This document shows positions 19,081 to 29,944 of a DNA stretch of 44,109 bases, piece by piece. The translations under genes and the position numbers were made by a program. Numbering within the stretch: position 1 is the stretch's first letter; every line of letters starts with the position of its first letter. Origin of the DNA: Ignavibacterium sp. (GTDB taxonomy: Bacteria; Bacteroidota; Ignavibacteria; Ignavibacteriales; Ignavibacteriaceae); NCBI GenBank assembly GCA_018059515.1, contig JAGOXU010000001.1, positions 1-44,109 of the forward strand, written 5' to 3'. Below the pieces are notes generated by a model. The model ran no database searches and was not told the origin of the DNA. It saw only the letters and a program-made list of their open reading frames with translations.

Positions 19081-19158
19081 TTAATTATTTGCTCAATTTA
19101 ATTTTCAAGTATGATAAAACATATTCATCAAATAGATTATAAACTAAGTTGTTAATAG

Positions 19159-20733
19159 ATGTCCGAATCCGAAAAAAGATCAGTTTTAATTATTGATGAT
19201 GACAAAACTATAAGAAAACTTATTACTCATCATTTGAATTTAAACAACTTCATTCCCTTTGAAGCCGAAAATCCCTACCAGGCTTTTGATATTCTGAAAA
19301 CTGAAAAAATAGATCTTGTGCTTTCCGATGTAACAATGGAAGGCATGGATGGCTTTGAATTTTGCCAAAAAGTACGTGAGAATGAAAATCATAGATTTCT
19401 TCCATTCATATTTGTAACCGCAAAAAACACACTTGAAGATAAATCAAAAGCTGTTGAATCAGGCGGCGATGATATCATTACAAAACCTTTTGATATTAAA
19501 GAATTAATATTAAAAACACAGGCGTTAATCAGAAGATCAGATATCTACAGAACTTATGGAATAAGAAAAAGTTTAAAAAAATCTTTTGATGAAGTAACTC
19601 CTAAAATTTTATTTGTTGATGATGATACTTCAATGTCCAGACTTTTTAAATATAATCTCGAAAAAGCCGGATATGATTGTACAGTTTCAAACAGTGTTGA
19701 TGAAGCAATGGAAATTATTAAAATTAATATTCCAGATGTTATTGTTTCTGATATAATGATGCCAAAAGTAGATGGTTTTGAATTTAGAAGAATGCTTCTT
19801 GAAATTCCATCTTTAAAAGATATTCCTTTTATTTTTCTAACTGCAAAGGGTAGCGAAGAAGATATTTTGGAAGGCTACGATTTAGCAATAACAGATTATG
19901 TTGTTAAAACTGCCGGACCAAAATTAGTAGTTGCAAAAGTTTCGGCAATAATAAAAAGTCTTGGCAATGAAAGAAAAAAAGTAATTTCGGAGCTGCAAGA
20001 AGCAACAAGCTCGCTTAGAACCAAGGTTGTTCCCGATACTTTCCCCGTGTTTGATGGGTTTTCAATTTCGCACATGCATATACCCTTTAAAGGAATTCCT
20101 GGCGGAGATTTTTTGGATTATTATCAACTTGATGAAAATAATCTGGTAATAATTCTTGGAGATGTGATGGGCAAAAAATGGGGCGCATGGTATTTTGCTT
20201 ATGCTTACGCTGGATATATCAGAAGTGCACTGCGAAGCGTTTTACAGAATGCTAAAGAATATTCTCCTTCCGAAATACTGCAGCAAGTAAATCTAACGGT
20301 TTATGGTGATACAAAAATTTCTGAAGTATTTGCTACACTTTCTGTTATAATTATTAATAATAAAACTAACAAACTGAAATACTCAGGTGCGGGCGATATT
20401 CCAATTATTTATAAAAATATTAATGGCGAACTTTTAAGTATTAAATCCAAAGGATTGTTGCTCGGCTTTTCTAAAATGGGTGAGTATGAAGACAATGTTT
20501 TGCAGCTTAAAGAAGGCGAACAAGTTTACTTAACCACAGATGGAATTACTGATTCACGTGCTAAAACTTTAGAAAGTTTTGGAGAGCACAGACTTTATGA
20601 GATAATAAAAAATGTAAAGCCCGATGAAAACCCGCTTGAAGTAATCCAAAAGAAGTTTGATGAGTTCACAGGATCAGAATACGATGACGATATTAGTTTA
20701 ATTTTGATAAGTGTAAAAAACAGTCAATCATAA
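19159..20733 (+). CDS. dual-receiver response regulator fused to a PP2C/SpoIIE-type phosphatase (RsbU-like)
   Basis: Two REC domains (LVLSDVTMEGMDG and VIVSDIMMPKVDG), then a PPM phosphatase domain: GGDFLDYY, ILGDVMGKKWGA, TDGITD, DDDISLILI. Confidence 0.88.
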   Translation: MSESEKRSVLIIDDDKTIRKLITHHLNLNNFIPFEAENPYQAFDILKTEKIDLVLSDVTMEGMDGFEFCQKVRENENHRFLPFIFVTAKNTLEDKSKAVESGGDDIITKPFDIKELILKTQALIRRSDIYRTYGIRKSLKKSFDEVTPKILFVDDDTSMSRLFKYNLEKAGYDCTVSNSVDEAMEIIKINIPDVIVSDIMMPKVDGFEFRRMLLEIPSLKDIPFIFLTAKGSEEDILEGYDLAITDYVVKTAGPKLVVAKVSAIIKSLGNERKKVISELQEATSSLRTKVVPDTFPVFDGFSISHMHIPFKGIPGGDFLDYYQLDENNLVIILGDVMGKKWGAWYFAYAYAGYIRSALRSVLQNAKEYSPSEILQQVNLTVYGDTKISEVFATLSVIIINNKTNKLKYSGAGDIPIIYKNINGELLSIKSKGLLLGFSKMGEYEDNVLQLKEGEQVYLTTDGITDSRAKTLESFGEHRLYEIIKNVKPDENPLEVIQKKFDEFTGSEYDDDISLILISVKNSQS

Positions 20734-20750
20734 CTGGAATAAAAAAATTA

Positions 20751-21830
20751 TTATTCTGTATCAACTGCTTGAAGTTTTTCAGTTTTATCCGCAATCTTTA
20801 ACTGCTCAATTAGCTCTTCACAATGTCCTTCCATTATATTTGATAAGTTATATAATGTAAGTCCAATTCGATGATCTGTAATTCTATTTTGTGGATAATT
20901 GTAAGTTCTTATTTTATCACTTCTATCACCGCTTCCAACCATCGCTTTTCTTAAAGCAGATTGTTCGGCATTATGTTTTTTTAATTCAAGATCATAAAGC
21001 CTGGCTTTTAAAACTTTCATTGCTTTAACTCTGTTTTTTAATTGCGATCTTTCATCCTGGCATTGAACTACAAGTCCGGTTGGAATATGAGTCATTCTAA
21101 CCGCAGTTTCAACTTTGTTCACATTCTGCCCACCTGCTCCACCAGATCTAAAAATATCAATTTTAACATCGTTCATATTCACATCAACTTCAACATCTTC
21201 AACTTCTAACATTACAGCTACGGAGGCTGCGGATGTGTGAACTCTTCCGCTGCCTTCAGTTTCAGGAACACGCTGCACACGATGAACACCTGATTCAAAT
21301 TTTAGATTTCCATATACACTTTGTCCGGTTATTGAAAACACGACTTCTTTAATTCCGCCGAGACCTGTTTCATTTAAATCAATTAGTTCATATTTCCATC
21401 CGCAGATTTCTGCATAACGTGTGTACATCCTAAAAAGATCATTTGCAAACAGCGCAGCTTCATCTCCGCCTGTACCGGCACGAATCTCCATTATAATATT
21501 TTTATCATCATTTGGATCTTTTGGAAGCAGCAAAGCCTTAATATCTTCTTCCATAATTTCTTTTTGTTTTTTTAAATCATCAAGTTCTAATTCTGCCATT
21601 TCAATTAGTTCAGCTTCATGCGATGAATTAATGATTTCTAAATTACCCTCAATATTTTTTATTACCGCTGAATATTTTTCGTGTGCGGCAATTATCTCTT
21701 CAAGATTTAATCTTTCCTTATTTAGAATTTTTATCTTCTCATAATCTTTTGTATTTGCAGCATCAGATAACTGCGAGTTTAATTGATCATAACGCAGTTT
21801 AATTTTTTCTAATCTATCTAATAAATTCAT
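20751..21830 (-). CDS. prfA: peptide chain release factor 1
   Basis: GGQ motif in [19 protein letters not shown]1-type PxT tripeptide ([17 protein letters not shown]). No in-frame stop or frameshift site. Confidence 0.93.
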   Translation of the reverse strand: MNLLDRLEKIKLRYDQLNSQLSDAANTKDYEKIKILNKERLNLEEIIAAHEKYSAVIKNIEGNLEIINSSHEAELIEMAELELDDLKKQKEIMEEDIKALLLPKDPNDDKNIIMEIRAGTGGDEAALFANDLFRMYTRYAEICGWKYELIDLNETGLGGIKEVVFSITGQSVYGNLKFESGVHRVQRVPETEGSGRVHTSAASVAVMLEVEDVEVDVNMNDVKIDIFRSGGAGGQNVNKVETAVRMTHIPTGLVVQCQDERSQLKNRVKAMKVLKARLYDLELKKHNAEQSALRKAMVGSGDRSDKIRTYNYPQNRITDHRIGLTLYNLSNIMEGHCEELIEQLKIADKTEKLQAVDTE

Positions 21831-21918
21831 TTCATTTCTTTAAATTTGGAAAGCAAATATACTGAAGTAGCTTCAGATTTCTAACAATGAATAATCAACA
21901 AATTATTGTCTTTGCCTT

Positions 21919-22398
21919 ATGAATAACGAAAAATCTAAATTTAAAGAAAACTTTTTTACATCATTAAATATTATTTTCTTTGCATTATTTGCGGGACAAA
22001 TAATTTTTTTCATTGTTGGATTATTTTTAATTCAATCTGGTAATATCACCGTAATGCCGGAGTTAGATACAGTTTTTATGTTTGTTATGCCTGTTGTTGT
22101 CCTATCAGCTATGATAGCTTCAAAATTTATTTATACAAAATTAGTCGGCAACTTTAATAAGAGTTCATCATTAAAAAGTAAAATGAATTCGTATCGCACA
22201 AATAACATTATTAAGCTTGCGATTTTAGAAGGTGCAAATATTTTTAGTATTTCCATTATGATAATTACAGCAAACTATTTTTATGCTGCATTTTTTGTGA
22301 TCTTAATAACTCTTTTCTTTTTTAACAGACCAACAAAGGAACAATTTATTATGGATTATGAAGTTACCGCGGACGAAGCTCTAAATATTTTATCATAA
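21919..22398 (+). CDS. hypothetical integral membrane protein (about four TM helices)
   Basis: 159-aa ORF with four hydrophobic stretches. I recognise no family. Confidence 0.5.
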   Translation: MNNEKSKFKENFFTSLNIIFFALFAGQIIFFIVGLFLIQSGNITVMPELDTVFMFVMPVVVLSAMIASKFIYTKLVGNFNKSSSLKSKMNSYRTNNIIKLAILEGANIFSISIMIITANYFYAAFFVILITLFFFNRPTKEQFIMDYEVTADEALNILS

Positions 22399-22455
22399 AA
22401 AGAACTAAAATGTTTTTGAATTTGTTTATAGGTTTGAGAAGTTAAAAGATAAGTA

Positions 22456-23682
22456 ATGAAAAAGTTTGATATCCCAAATATTTATAGAAGTTCTTTCATC
22501 ACGTTAGTTAAGAATGCGCGAAAAGATTTTGATCCGAGAAAGAAAGATTTTACACCCACACTTTTAGATTTTGGTCCTGTTAGATTTTATTTAGCACGCC
22601 ATTTTGGTTTTTGTTATGGAGTAGAAAATGCAATAGAAATTGCATACAAAACTATTGAAGATAATCCGGGAAAAAGAATTTATCTACTAAGTGAAATGAT
22701 TCACAATCCTGGAGTCAATAATGATCTTCAAAAACTTGGTGTAAAATTTTTAATGGATACTTCAGGGAAACAGTTGATTGATTGGAGTCAGTTAAGCAAA
22801 GAGGATATTGTAATAATTCCTGCTTTTGGTACAACGATTGAAATCGAAAAAAAATTAAATGAAATTGGTATTAATCCGTATAGCTACAATACAACCTGTC
22901 CGTTTGTAGAAAAAGTTTGGAACAGAAGCGAACAGCTTGGTAATGAAGATTTTACTGTGATTATTCATGGTAAATCATATCATGAAGAAACACGAGCAAC
23001 GTTTTCGCACAGTAAAACCAATGCTAAATCGGTTATTGTAAGAGATTTGGATGAAGCAAAATTACTTTCACTATTTATACTTGGTGAAAAATCAAACAAC
23101 GAATTTTATGAAATCTTTAAAGGTAAATTTTCTGATGGATTTGTTTTTGAAAAAGATTTACAAAAAGTTGGAGTTGTAAACCAAACCACAATGCTTGCAA
23201 CAGAAACACAGGCAATTGCTGATTTGTTAAAAGATACCATGATAAAAAAATACGGCGCGGTAGATTTAAAAGAACATTTTGCAGATACACGTGATACACT
23301 TTGCTATGCAACTAATGATAATCAGGAAGCCACCTACGGTTTGTTAAAAGAGCACGCAGATTTTGCAATTGTTGTTGGCGGATATAACAGTTCAAACACC
23401 TCTCACATTGTAGAATTGTGTGAAGAGAAATTACCAACTTATTTTATTTCATCCGAAGAAAAGATTTTAAGTGATAAAACAATTAAACATTTTAATCTTC
23501 ATAATCATTTAGAAGTTGAAACGGAAAATTATCTGCCGCAGCAAGATGTTGTAAATATTATACTAACAAGTGGTGCAAGCTGTCCTGATGCGGTTGTTGA
23601 AGAAGTGTTAAGAAAAATTCACACATTCTTTGCAACTGCGGAAGATGTTGATGAAGTTATCAGCAAATTTCTAAAGAGATAA
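22456..23682 (+). CDS. ispH: 4-hydroxy-3-methylbut-2-enyl diphosphate reductase (long form)
   Basis: FGFCYGVENAI, TTCPFVEKVW, VVNQTT and DTLCYATNDNQ, which include the three cluster cysteines of IspH/LytB. Confidence 0.9.
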   Translation: MKKFDIPNIYRSSFITLVKNARKDFDPRKKDFTPTLLDFGPVRFYLARHFGFCYGVENAIEIAYKTIEDNPGKRIYLLSEMIHNPGVNNDLQKLGVKFLMDTSGKQLIDWSQLSKEDIVIIPAFGTTIEIEKKLNEIGINPYSYNTTCPFVEKVWNRSEQLGNEDFTVIIHGKSYHEETRATFSHSKTNAKSVIVRDLDEAKLLSLFILGEKSNNEFYEIFKGKFSDGFVFEKDLQKVGVVNQTTMLATETQAIADLLKDTMIKKYGAVDLKEHFADTRDTLCYATNDNQEATYGLLKEHADFAIVVGGYNSSNTSHIVELCEEKLPTYFISSEEKILSDKTIKHFNLHNHLEVETENYLPQQDVVNIILTSGASCPDAVVEEVLRKIHTFFATAEDVDEVISKFLKR

Positions 23683-23746
23683 ATTAACAATTTGCAATCG
23701 TACATTTATTTTTATGATCTCAACGAATCATATCAGATTTTGAGAA

Positions 23747-24694
23747 TTAGCGATTCATTGTTTCAATTCTTTTTTTTGCTGATTCTAATTCTTTCAGCAG
23801 TCTATCAAACAAAATTTTGACAGTAGGAATATCATTTATCAATCCAACACCTTGTCCAGCTTCAAGTTCACCCTCAATTAAGTCACCTTCAAAAATTCCG
23901 GCACGTTCACGTTTTGCACCGAGCAATTCGCGTAATTGAGTTTCATTCCAACCCTCATTTTCAGCTTTCATCGCACGGATTGCAAAATCATTTTTAATAA
24001 TTCTAACCAAACCAATTTTCTTAAACGCTAATGTTGTATCCTGATCACCAGACTTTACAATTTCTTGTTTGTAGTTATCATGTGCAGATGATTCAACAGT
24101 TGCAGCAAAGCGAGTTCCGATTTGAACACCTTCTGCACCAAGAGAAAGTGCTGCCAAAATTCCTCTTCCATCAGCAATTCCACCTGCAGCAATAACAGGA
24201 ATATTCAGTTTATCAACAAGCTGTGGAATCAAACAAAATGTTGTTAATTGGTCTGCACCATTATGCCCGCCGGCTTCAACACCTTCGCCAACAACCGCAT
24301 CACATCCGGTTTCCTGTGCTTTCATTCCATACTTTAGATTTGCAACAACATGAACAACTGTACAATCTTTTTCTTTTAAAAGAGAAGTAAATGTTTTTGG
24401 ATTCCCTGCAGATGTAAAAAAGATTTTAATACCTTCATCCAAACAAACTTTAATAAGTTCATCAGCGTCTTTTCTTAGCAACGGAACATTAACACCAAAA
24501 GGTTTGTTTGTTGCGGCTTTACATTTTTGTAAATGTTCTTTAAGTAAATCAGTTTTCATTGAGCCTGCACCTATCAAACCTAAGCCGCCGCAATTAGAAA
24601 CGGCGGAAGCTAATTTCCAACCGGAAACCCAAACCATTCCCGCTTGAATAATTGGATAATCGATTTGTAATAATTCTGTGATTCTCGTCTTCAT
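23747..24694 (-). CDS. fabK: FMN-dependent enoyl-ACP reductase FabK-like / nitronate monooxygenase family oxidoreductase
   Basis: MKTRITELLQIDYPIIQAGMVWVS...AVSNCGGLGLIG...IPVIAAGGIADGRG...GAEGVQIGTRF closely resembles FabK. Specificity cannot be fixed from sequence alone. Confidence 0.75.
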   Translation of the reverse strand: MKTRITELLQIDYPIIQAGMVWVSGWKLASAVSNCGGLGLIGAGSMKTDLLKEHLQKCKAATNKPFGVNVPLLRKDADELIKVCLDEGIKIFFTSAGNPKTFTSLLKEKDCTVVHVVANLKYGMKAQETGCDAVVGEGVEAGGHNGADQLTTFCLIPQLVDKLNIPVIAAGGIADGRGILAALSLGAEGVQIGTRFAATVESSAHDNYKQEIVKSGDQDTTLAFKKIGLVRIIKNDFAIRAMKAENEGWNETQLRELLGAKRERAGIFEGDLIEGELEAGQGVGLINDIPTVKILFDRLLKELESAKKRIETMNR

Positions 24695-24839
24695 TTATGT
24701 CTCAAGATTTGATTAAATAGTTATCAAAAGATAGTTAAATCTGATTAAAGTTATTTTGTATATCGTGAGGGGATTAGTTAAATTTGGCACTCAAAATCCA
24801 TACAAGCATATTAAAAATCATACAAAGGAATATTAGAAT

Positions 24840-25988
24840 ATGTCATTCTTTTTCACATCAGAATCAGTCTCTGAAGGTCATCCGGATAAAGTTAGTGATG
24901 CAATATCCGACGGAATATTAGATGCAATTTATACGCACGATCCGAATGCACGAGTAGCTTGCGAAACTTTTGTTACAACAGGTTTAGTGTTAGTTGGTGG
25001 TGAGATAACAACAAAAACTTACATTGATGTTCAGGAAATTGTAAGAAGCACTGTTAAAAAAATTGGTTACACAAAAGCAGATTATAAATTTGATTCAGAA
25101 TCTTGTTCAGTGCTTAGCGCAATCCATTCACAATCTCCGGATATCGCAATGGGAGTCGATACTGGCGGCGCAGGCGACCAGGGAATTATGTTTGGATACG
25201 CTTGTGATCAAACACCTGAACTTATGCCAATGCCGATTATGTTTGCACATAAGCTAATGCAAAAGCTCGCTGATATCAGAAAGAAAAATCCAAAGTTAAT
25301 GCCTTATTTACGACCGGATGCAAAATCACAAGTAACAATTGAGTACGATGATAAAAATAAACCGCTAAGAGTTGATGCCGTTGTTATTTCTACTCAGCAT
25401 GATGCTGATGCTAAGCAAAGCAAAATTAAGTCTGATGTGATTCAGCATGTAATTAAAAAAGTTATTCCTGCCAAATATCTTGATAAGAACACAAAATATT
25501 TTGTAAATCCAACAGGAAGATTTGAAATTGGTGGACCACACGGCGATAGTGGATTAACAGGAAGAAAAATTATTGTTGATACTTACGGCGGATGGGCACC
25601 ACACGGCGGCGGCGCATTTTCCGGTAAAGATCCTTCAAAGGTTGACCGCTCTGCAACTTATGCTGCAAGACATATCGCAAAAAATGTTGTTGCTGCTAAA
25701 TTGGCTAAAGAATGTTTAGTTCAGATTTCTTACGCTATCGGTGTTGCACAGCCAATTTCTATTTTTGTTGATACAAAAGGAACGGGAGTAATTCCTGATT
25801 CAGCTATCTCAAAAATGATACAGAAAGAAGTTGATCTTACACCAAAAGGAATTATTTCCAGATTAAAATTAAGAAGACCAATTTACCAGAAAACTTCAGC
25901 ATACGGTCACTTCGGCAGAAATGATAAAGATTTTACATGGGAACAGCTCGATCTTGTTCCAGTATTTAAAAAATATGCAAAAAAATAA
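24840..25988 (+). CDS. metK: S-adenosylmethionine synthetase
   Basis: [42 protein letters not shown]. Confidence 0.95.
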   Translation: MSFFFTSESVSEGHPDKVSDAISDGILDAIYTHDPNARVACETFVTTGLVLVGGEITTKTYIDVQEIVRSTVKKIGYTKADYKFDSESCSVLSAIHSQSPDIAMGVDTGGAGDQGIMFGYACDQTPELMPMPIMFAHKLMQKLADIRKKNPKLMPYLRPDAKSQVTIEYDDKNKPLRVDAVVISTQHDADAKQSKIKSDVIQHVIKKVIPAKYLDKNTKYFVNPTGRFEIGGPHGDSGLTGRKIIVDTYGGWAPHGGGAFSGKDPSKVDRSATYAARHIAKNVVAAKLAKECLVQISYAIGVAQPISIFVDTKGTGVIPDSAISKMIQKEVDLTPKGIISRLKLRRPIYQKTSAYGHFGRNDKDFTWEQLDLVPVFKKYAKK

Positions 25989-26002
25989 ATATAAATTCGT
26001 AA

Positions 26003-26020
26003 CACAGACTTTAGTCTGTG
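26003..26020 (+). other. 7-bp hairpin cacagac-ttta-gtctgtg between metK and ahcY
   Basis: Perfect stem 15 nt after the metK stop, with no U-tract following. It may be a weak terminator, a processing site, or another member of the GC-rich hairpin repeats. Confidence 0.35.
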
Positions 26021-26115
26021 AAACAGAAACTTATTAAGTAACTTATTGAACAATTGTAGTTCAGTAATTGTTGATCGATAAAGAAAAATATTATAAAAAA
26101 ACTAAAGGAAATAAA

Positions 26116-27444
26116 ATGAGTGTTGTGTTAGAAAAGAAAATTGATTTCTCACTAAAATATAAAGTTAAAGATATTTCGCTGGCTGAGTGGGGAAGAAAAG
26201 AAATAGAACTTGCTGAAGCAGAAATGCCAGGCTTGATGGCGCTGAGAGAAGAATATAAAGGAAAGCTACCGCTTAAAGGAGCTCGTATTGCAGGCTGTCT
26301 TCACATGACAATTCAAACAGCAGTGTTGATTGAAACACTTATTGAACTTGGCGCTGAAGTAAGATGGTCATCCTGTAATATCTTTTCAACTCAAGATCAC
26401 GCTGCTGCTGCGATTGCTGCTGCAGGTGTTCCTGTATTTGCATGGAAAGGGATGAATGAAGAAGAGTTTAATTGGTCTATTGAGCAAACATTATTTTTCG
26501 GTGATGAATCAAGACCATTAAATTTAATTCTTGATGATGGCGGCGACCTCACAAATATGGTTTTTGATCATTATCCGGAATTGGCTAAAGGTATAAAGGG
26601 ATTATCTGAAGAAACTACAACCGGCGTTCATCGCTTGTATGAAAGAATGCAAAACGGTACACTCCCAATTCCTGCAATAAATGTAAACGATTCAGTTACT
26701 AAATCTAAATTTGATAACAAATACGGTTGCCGAGAATCATTAGTTGACGCAATACGCAGAGCAACAGATCTAATGCTTGCCGGAAAAGTTGCTGTTGTAG
26801 CAGGCTTTGGTGATGTTGGAAAAGGTTCAGCAGAATCTTTAAAGAATGCTCATGTAAGAGTTATTGTTACTGAGATTGATCCAATTTGTGCGCTTCAAGC
26901 TGCAATGGAAGGCTATGAAGTTAAAAAGATGGATGATGCTGTTAAAGAAGCTGATATTGTTGTTACTGCTACAGGTAATATGAATGTGATTAACGGCAAA
27001 CACTTTAAAATGTTGAAAGACAAGGCTGTTGTTTGTAACATCGGACACTTTGATACAGAAATCGATATGGCATGGTTGAACAAAAACTACGGCAGCACAA
27101 AAAATACTATCAAACCGCAGGTTGATAAATATACAATTGATGGTAAAGATTTAATCGTACTTGCTGAAGGCAGATTAGTAAATCTTGGATGTGCAACAGG
27201 TCATCCTTCATTTGTAATGTCAAACTCGTTTACAAATCAGACACTTGCTCAGTTGGAACTTTGGCTTCATCCTGAAAAATATGAAAATAAAGTTTACACT
27301 CTTCCAAAACATTTGGATGAAAAAGTTGCAAGATTACACTTAAAGAAGATAGGTGTTGAGTTAGATACGCTTACCCCCGAACAAGCTAAATATATTGGTG
27401 TAACAGTTGAAGGACCTTTTAAGCCTGATTATTACAGGTATTAA
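26116..27444 (+). CDS. ahcY: adenosylhomocysteinase
   Basis: [39 protein letters not shown] site [17 protein letters not shown]. The ATG at 26116 has an AAAGGA SD and matches canonical N-termini, whereas the track start at 26068 is a TTG. Confidence 0.93.
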   Translation: MSVVLEKKIDFSLKYKVKDISLAEWGRKEIELAEAEMPGLMALREEYKGKLPLKGARIAGCLHMTIQTAVLIETLIELGAEVRWSSCNIFSTQDHAAAAIAAAGVPVFAWKGMNEEEFNWSIEQTLFFGDESRPLNLILDDGGDLTNMVFDHYPELAKGIKGLSEETTTGVHRLYERMQNGTLPIPAINVNDSVTKSKFDNKYGCRESLVDAIRRATDLMLAGKVAVVAGFGDVGKGSAESLKNAHVRVIVTEIDPICALQAAMEGYEVKKMDDAVKEADIVVTATGNMNVINGKHFKMLKDKAVVCNIGHFDTEIDMAWLNKNYGSTKNTIKPQVDKYTIDGKDLIVLAEGRLVNLGCATGHPSFVMSNSFTNQTLAQLELWLHPEKYENKVYTLPKHLDEKVARLHLKKIGVELDTLTPEQAKYIGVTVEGPFKPDYYRY

Positions 27445-27470
27445 AATCAGACTAAAATAAATTTATATTA

Positions 27471-27498
27471 AAGGCTGTGCGAAAGTTCAGCCTTTTTT
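27471..27498. terminator. bidirectional rho-independent terminator between convergent ahcY and the MFS gene
   Basis: aaggctg-tgcgaaagt-tcagcctt hairpin, followed by tttttt on the plus strand and preceded by A/T-rich sequence. Confidence 0.7.
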
Positions 27499-28813
27499 AT
27501 TTATTTGGCGGCATATTTAAGTGTGTGGCGGATTGCAAACCTTTTGACACTTCGGGAAGGATGCCCAACTTTATATAATATGGTCTGATATGACTTCTTA
27601 ATGAAGGTAAATAAACTGCATAAGCAATTGTTCCAGCTAAACAGATTAGTCCACCGGTAAAGATTGTAAATGGCGCTCCCAGTTTGCTTGCTAAAGTTCC
27701 TGCTACTAAACTGCCAATTGGTGCTGTACCCATAAATGCCATTACATAAAGACTCATAATTCGACCGCGCTTATCATCATCAACAAGAGTTTGTAAAAGC
27801 GTATTTGTGGAAGCCATCTGAACCATCATACCAAACCCAGTAAATGACAGCAACACGAGAGAGAAGATCAGGTTTTGTGAGAAAGAAAACAGTATTAATC
27901 CAATTGCAAATATAGTTGCAGATATTGCAATCCATTTTCCTAAACCTAATACGCTCTTTCTTGATGCAAGATAAATAGCCCCTGTCAAAGCCCCAACACC
28001 TACTGCTCCAAATAGTAATCCGAGAGTATTTGCGTTTCCTTTTAATATGTCTTTTGCAAAAATGGGCATCAGCACTGTGTATGGTCCACCAGTTAAACTT
28101 ACTAATCCGAGAAAGAGCAAAAGAACTTTTATCGGTTTAAATTTATACGCATACTTTAAACCATCCTTCAATCCTTTTAACACCTTTTCTGGTTTGATAA
28201 TTTCAGGTTTAGGAATGATGTGTATCATTAACAACGCAACAATGACAGCGATATAACTTATTGCGTTAAGTAAGAAACAAAGACCTTCACCAAGCAGCGA
28301 AATCATAATCCCTGCGATGGTTGGACCAACAAGTCTTGCTGCATTAAACATTGATGAATTAAGAGCGATTGCATTTGGTAAATCAGTTTTATCATCAACA
28401 ATATCTACGATAAAGGATTGCCTTGTTGGCATATCAAATGCATTTACGATTCCAATAAAAACACTTAGAAATATTATATGCCAAATTTGGATTGTGTTAG
28501 TTAAAGTAAGCACCGCCAGTATTGCTGCCTGAATCATTGCCAGGGTTTGCGTTAAAATTATAATATGATGTCTGTTAAATCGATCGGCTAAAACACCTGC
28601 AAAAGAAGCCAAAATAAAAGTTGGAATTTGTCCTGCGAATCCCACTAAACCCAAAAGAAATGCCGAATCAGTTAATCTGTAAACCAGCCATCCCAAAGCA
28701 ATTTGCTGCATCCAGGTACCGACTAAAGAAATGCCCTGTCCGCCAAAAAACAAACGGTAATTTCTATGCCGTAATGAACGTAAGACTAATTTTACTGTGC
28801 TGCTGCCTGTCAT
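27497..28813 (-). CDS. MFS transporter (EntS/MFS_3-like, ~12 TM)
   Basis: 438 aa and hydrophobic throughout. Contains the MFS loop motif GVLADRFNRH. Confidence 0.85.
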   Translation of the reverse strand: MTGSSTVKLVLRSLRHRNYRLFFGGQGISLVGTWMQQIALGWLVYRLTDSAFLLGLVGFAGQIPTFILASFAGVLADRFNRHHIIILTQTLAMIQAAILAVLTLTNTIQIWHIIFLSVFIGIVNAFDMPTRQSFIVDIVDDKTDLPNAIALNSSMFNAARLVGPTIAGIMISLLGEGLCFLLNAISYIAVIVALLMIHIIPKPEIIKPEKVLKGLKDGLKYAYKFKPIKVLLLFLGLVSLTGGPYTVLMPIFAKDILKGNANTLGLLFGAVGVGALTGAIYLASRKSVLGLGKWIAISATIFAIGLILFSFSQNLIFSLVLLSFTGFGMMVQMASTNTLLQTLVDDDKRGRIMSLYVMAFMGTAPIGSLVAGTLASKLGAPFTIFTGGLICLAGTIAYAVYLPSLRSHIRPYYIKLGILPEVSKGLQSATHLNMPPNK

Positions 28814-28821
28814 AAAAACAT

Positions 28822-28835
28822 TTACAATTGTAAAA
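28822..28835. promoter_or_regulatory. perfect 14-bp palindrome TTTACAATTGTAAA, candidate operator
   Basis: Starts 9 nt upstream of the MFS start codon. Sequence symmetry is the only evidence. Confidence 0.3.
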
Positions 28836-28925
28836 TAAAATTAAGGAATGATTGAGAATGATAGAATGATAAACGTCATAATTATCAAACTTCTGAAAAA
28901 AGGTATAGACTGAGAATAGTTCGTT

Positions 28926-29837
28926 TTATAAAAGATCTTTTAAAGCTTCTTTAATAAAATCAAATTTAAATTTATAATCACTGTTTAAAAGTTTTTGGAC
29001 ATCCACTCTCTGGCTTGCGGTAACAACTTCAGCAGCTTCTCCAATTACCAATCTTAATATAAATTTAGGGACCGGAAATAGGGAAGGACGATGTAAAACA
29101 TTTCCCAATGTATTTGTAAACTCATTCATTCTAACAGGATTTGGAGAAGCAGCATTTACAGCGCCTCTTAATTCCGTGTTCTCAATAGCGTGTAAATATA
29201 TTCCAATAATATCCTCAATATGCAGCCACGATGCCCATTGTTTGCCGTTACCAAGCGGACCGCCAATATAAAATTTAAATGGCGGAAGCATTTGTTTTAA
29301 TGCACCATCTTCTGTGCTTAAAACTAAGCCTGTTCTAATTTGTACACTTCTTACTCCAGCATCTTCAACTCGCTTCGATTCACCTTCCCAAACCTTACAG
29401 ACCTCAGCGAGAAAATCATTACCTGAAGACGATGTTTCATCTAAAATTGTATCACCACAATCTCCGTAATATCCAACTCCGGATGCAGAGATAAAAACTT
29501 GTGGCTTATTGCTGCAGGATTTTATTGCATCAACAAGATTTTTTGTACTAATCTGCCTGGATTTTAGAACTTCATTTTTGAAACTATCGTTCCATCTTTT
29601 AGCAAAAAGATTTGTTCCGGCAAGATGAACAACAGCATCAGAATTATCTAATTTGGTTTTCCATAATTCGGGCTTGATATAATCCCACTCAACATATTCA
29701 TTTGCATTTGGAATTATCGTTTTAGCTTTTGTGATATCTCTGCTGAATATTATTACTTCATCTCCCCGCTCAATCAATGCGGAGACGAGTTTCTGTCCAA
29801 TCAGTCCGGTTGCGCCTGTAACTATTATTCTTTTCAT
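28926..29837 (-). CDS. TIGR01777-family NAD-dependent epimerase/dehydratase-like protein (YfcH-like, with DUF1731 C-terminus)
   Basis: Rossmann motif IIVTGATGLIGQKL. The length and C-terminal ASQRV...KLLNSDYKFKF are typical of the family. Confidence 0.85.
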   Translation of the reverse strand: MKRIIVTGATGLIGQKLVSALIERGDEVIIFSRDITKAKTIIPNANEYVEWDYIKPELWKTKLDNSDAVVHLAGTNLFAKRWNDSFKNEVLKSRQISTKNLVDAIKSCSNKPQVFISASGVGYYGDCGDTILDETSSSGNDFLAEVCKVWEGESKRVEDAGVRSVQIRTGLVLSTEDGALKQMLPPFKFYIGGPLGNGKQWASWLHIEDIIGIYLHAIENTELRGAVNAASPNPVRMNEFTNTLGNVLHRPSLFPVPKFILRLVIGEAAEVVTASQRVDVQKLLNSDYKFKFDFIKEALKDLL

Positions 29838-29884
29838 ATTGTATCTCTTTTATTTTGGTAACAAGATTAGCAAAATCTAAGTTC

Positions 29885-29914
29885 AAAAAAAAAGCCCTGC
29901 TAAAGAGCAGGGCT
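29885..29914 (-). terminator. rho-independent terminator of the first T9SS cargo gene
   Basis: On the minus strand the sequence is agccctgc-tcttta-gcagggct followed by T8, about 31 nt after the stop codon. Confidence 0.75.
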
Positions 29915-29944
29915 AAAAACAAATTCAGAATTTACAATTCCAAA

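Noticed and set aside
20751-21830. Checked the release-factor gene for the programmed +1 frameshift seen in prfB.
   Set aside because: The protein is RF1 (PxT-type PET tripeptide, uninterrupted ORF). No internal in-frame stop or SD-CUU-UGA site is present.
24784-24806. TGGCAC strings (here and at 44041-44046) as sigma-54 -24 elements, since an NtrC-type activator is encoded in the window.
   Set aside because: Neither is followed by a TTGC(A/T) -12 element at the required 5-nt spacing (tggcac-tcaaa-atcca and tggcac-acaat-tttta).
24695-24839. Possible SAM riboswitch in the 145-nt leader of metK (a ttatcaaaagatag string resembles the start of an S-box).
   Set aside because: The conserved S-box elements (GAGGGA...GGCCC...CCCGGCAACC...GGTGC.AA.TCC) are absent and the region is too AT-rich to form the four-way junction. 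I cannot evaluate the SAM-II/V pseudoknot classes by eye, so a covariance-model scan (Rfam) would be needed.
25989-26115. Possible SAH riboswitch upstream of ahcY.
   Set aside because: There is no GC-rich pseudoknot core. The only structures are a 7-bp hairpin (26003-26020) and AT-rich direct repeats (aacttatt twice).
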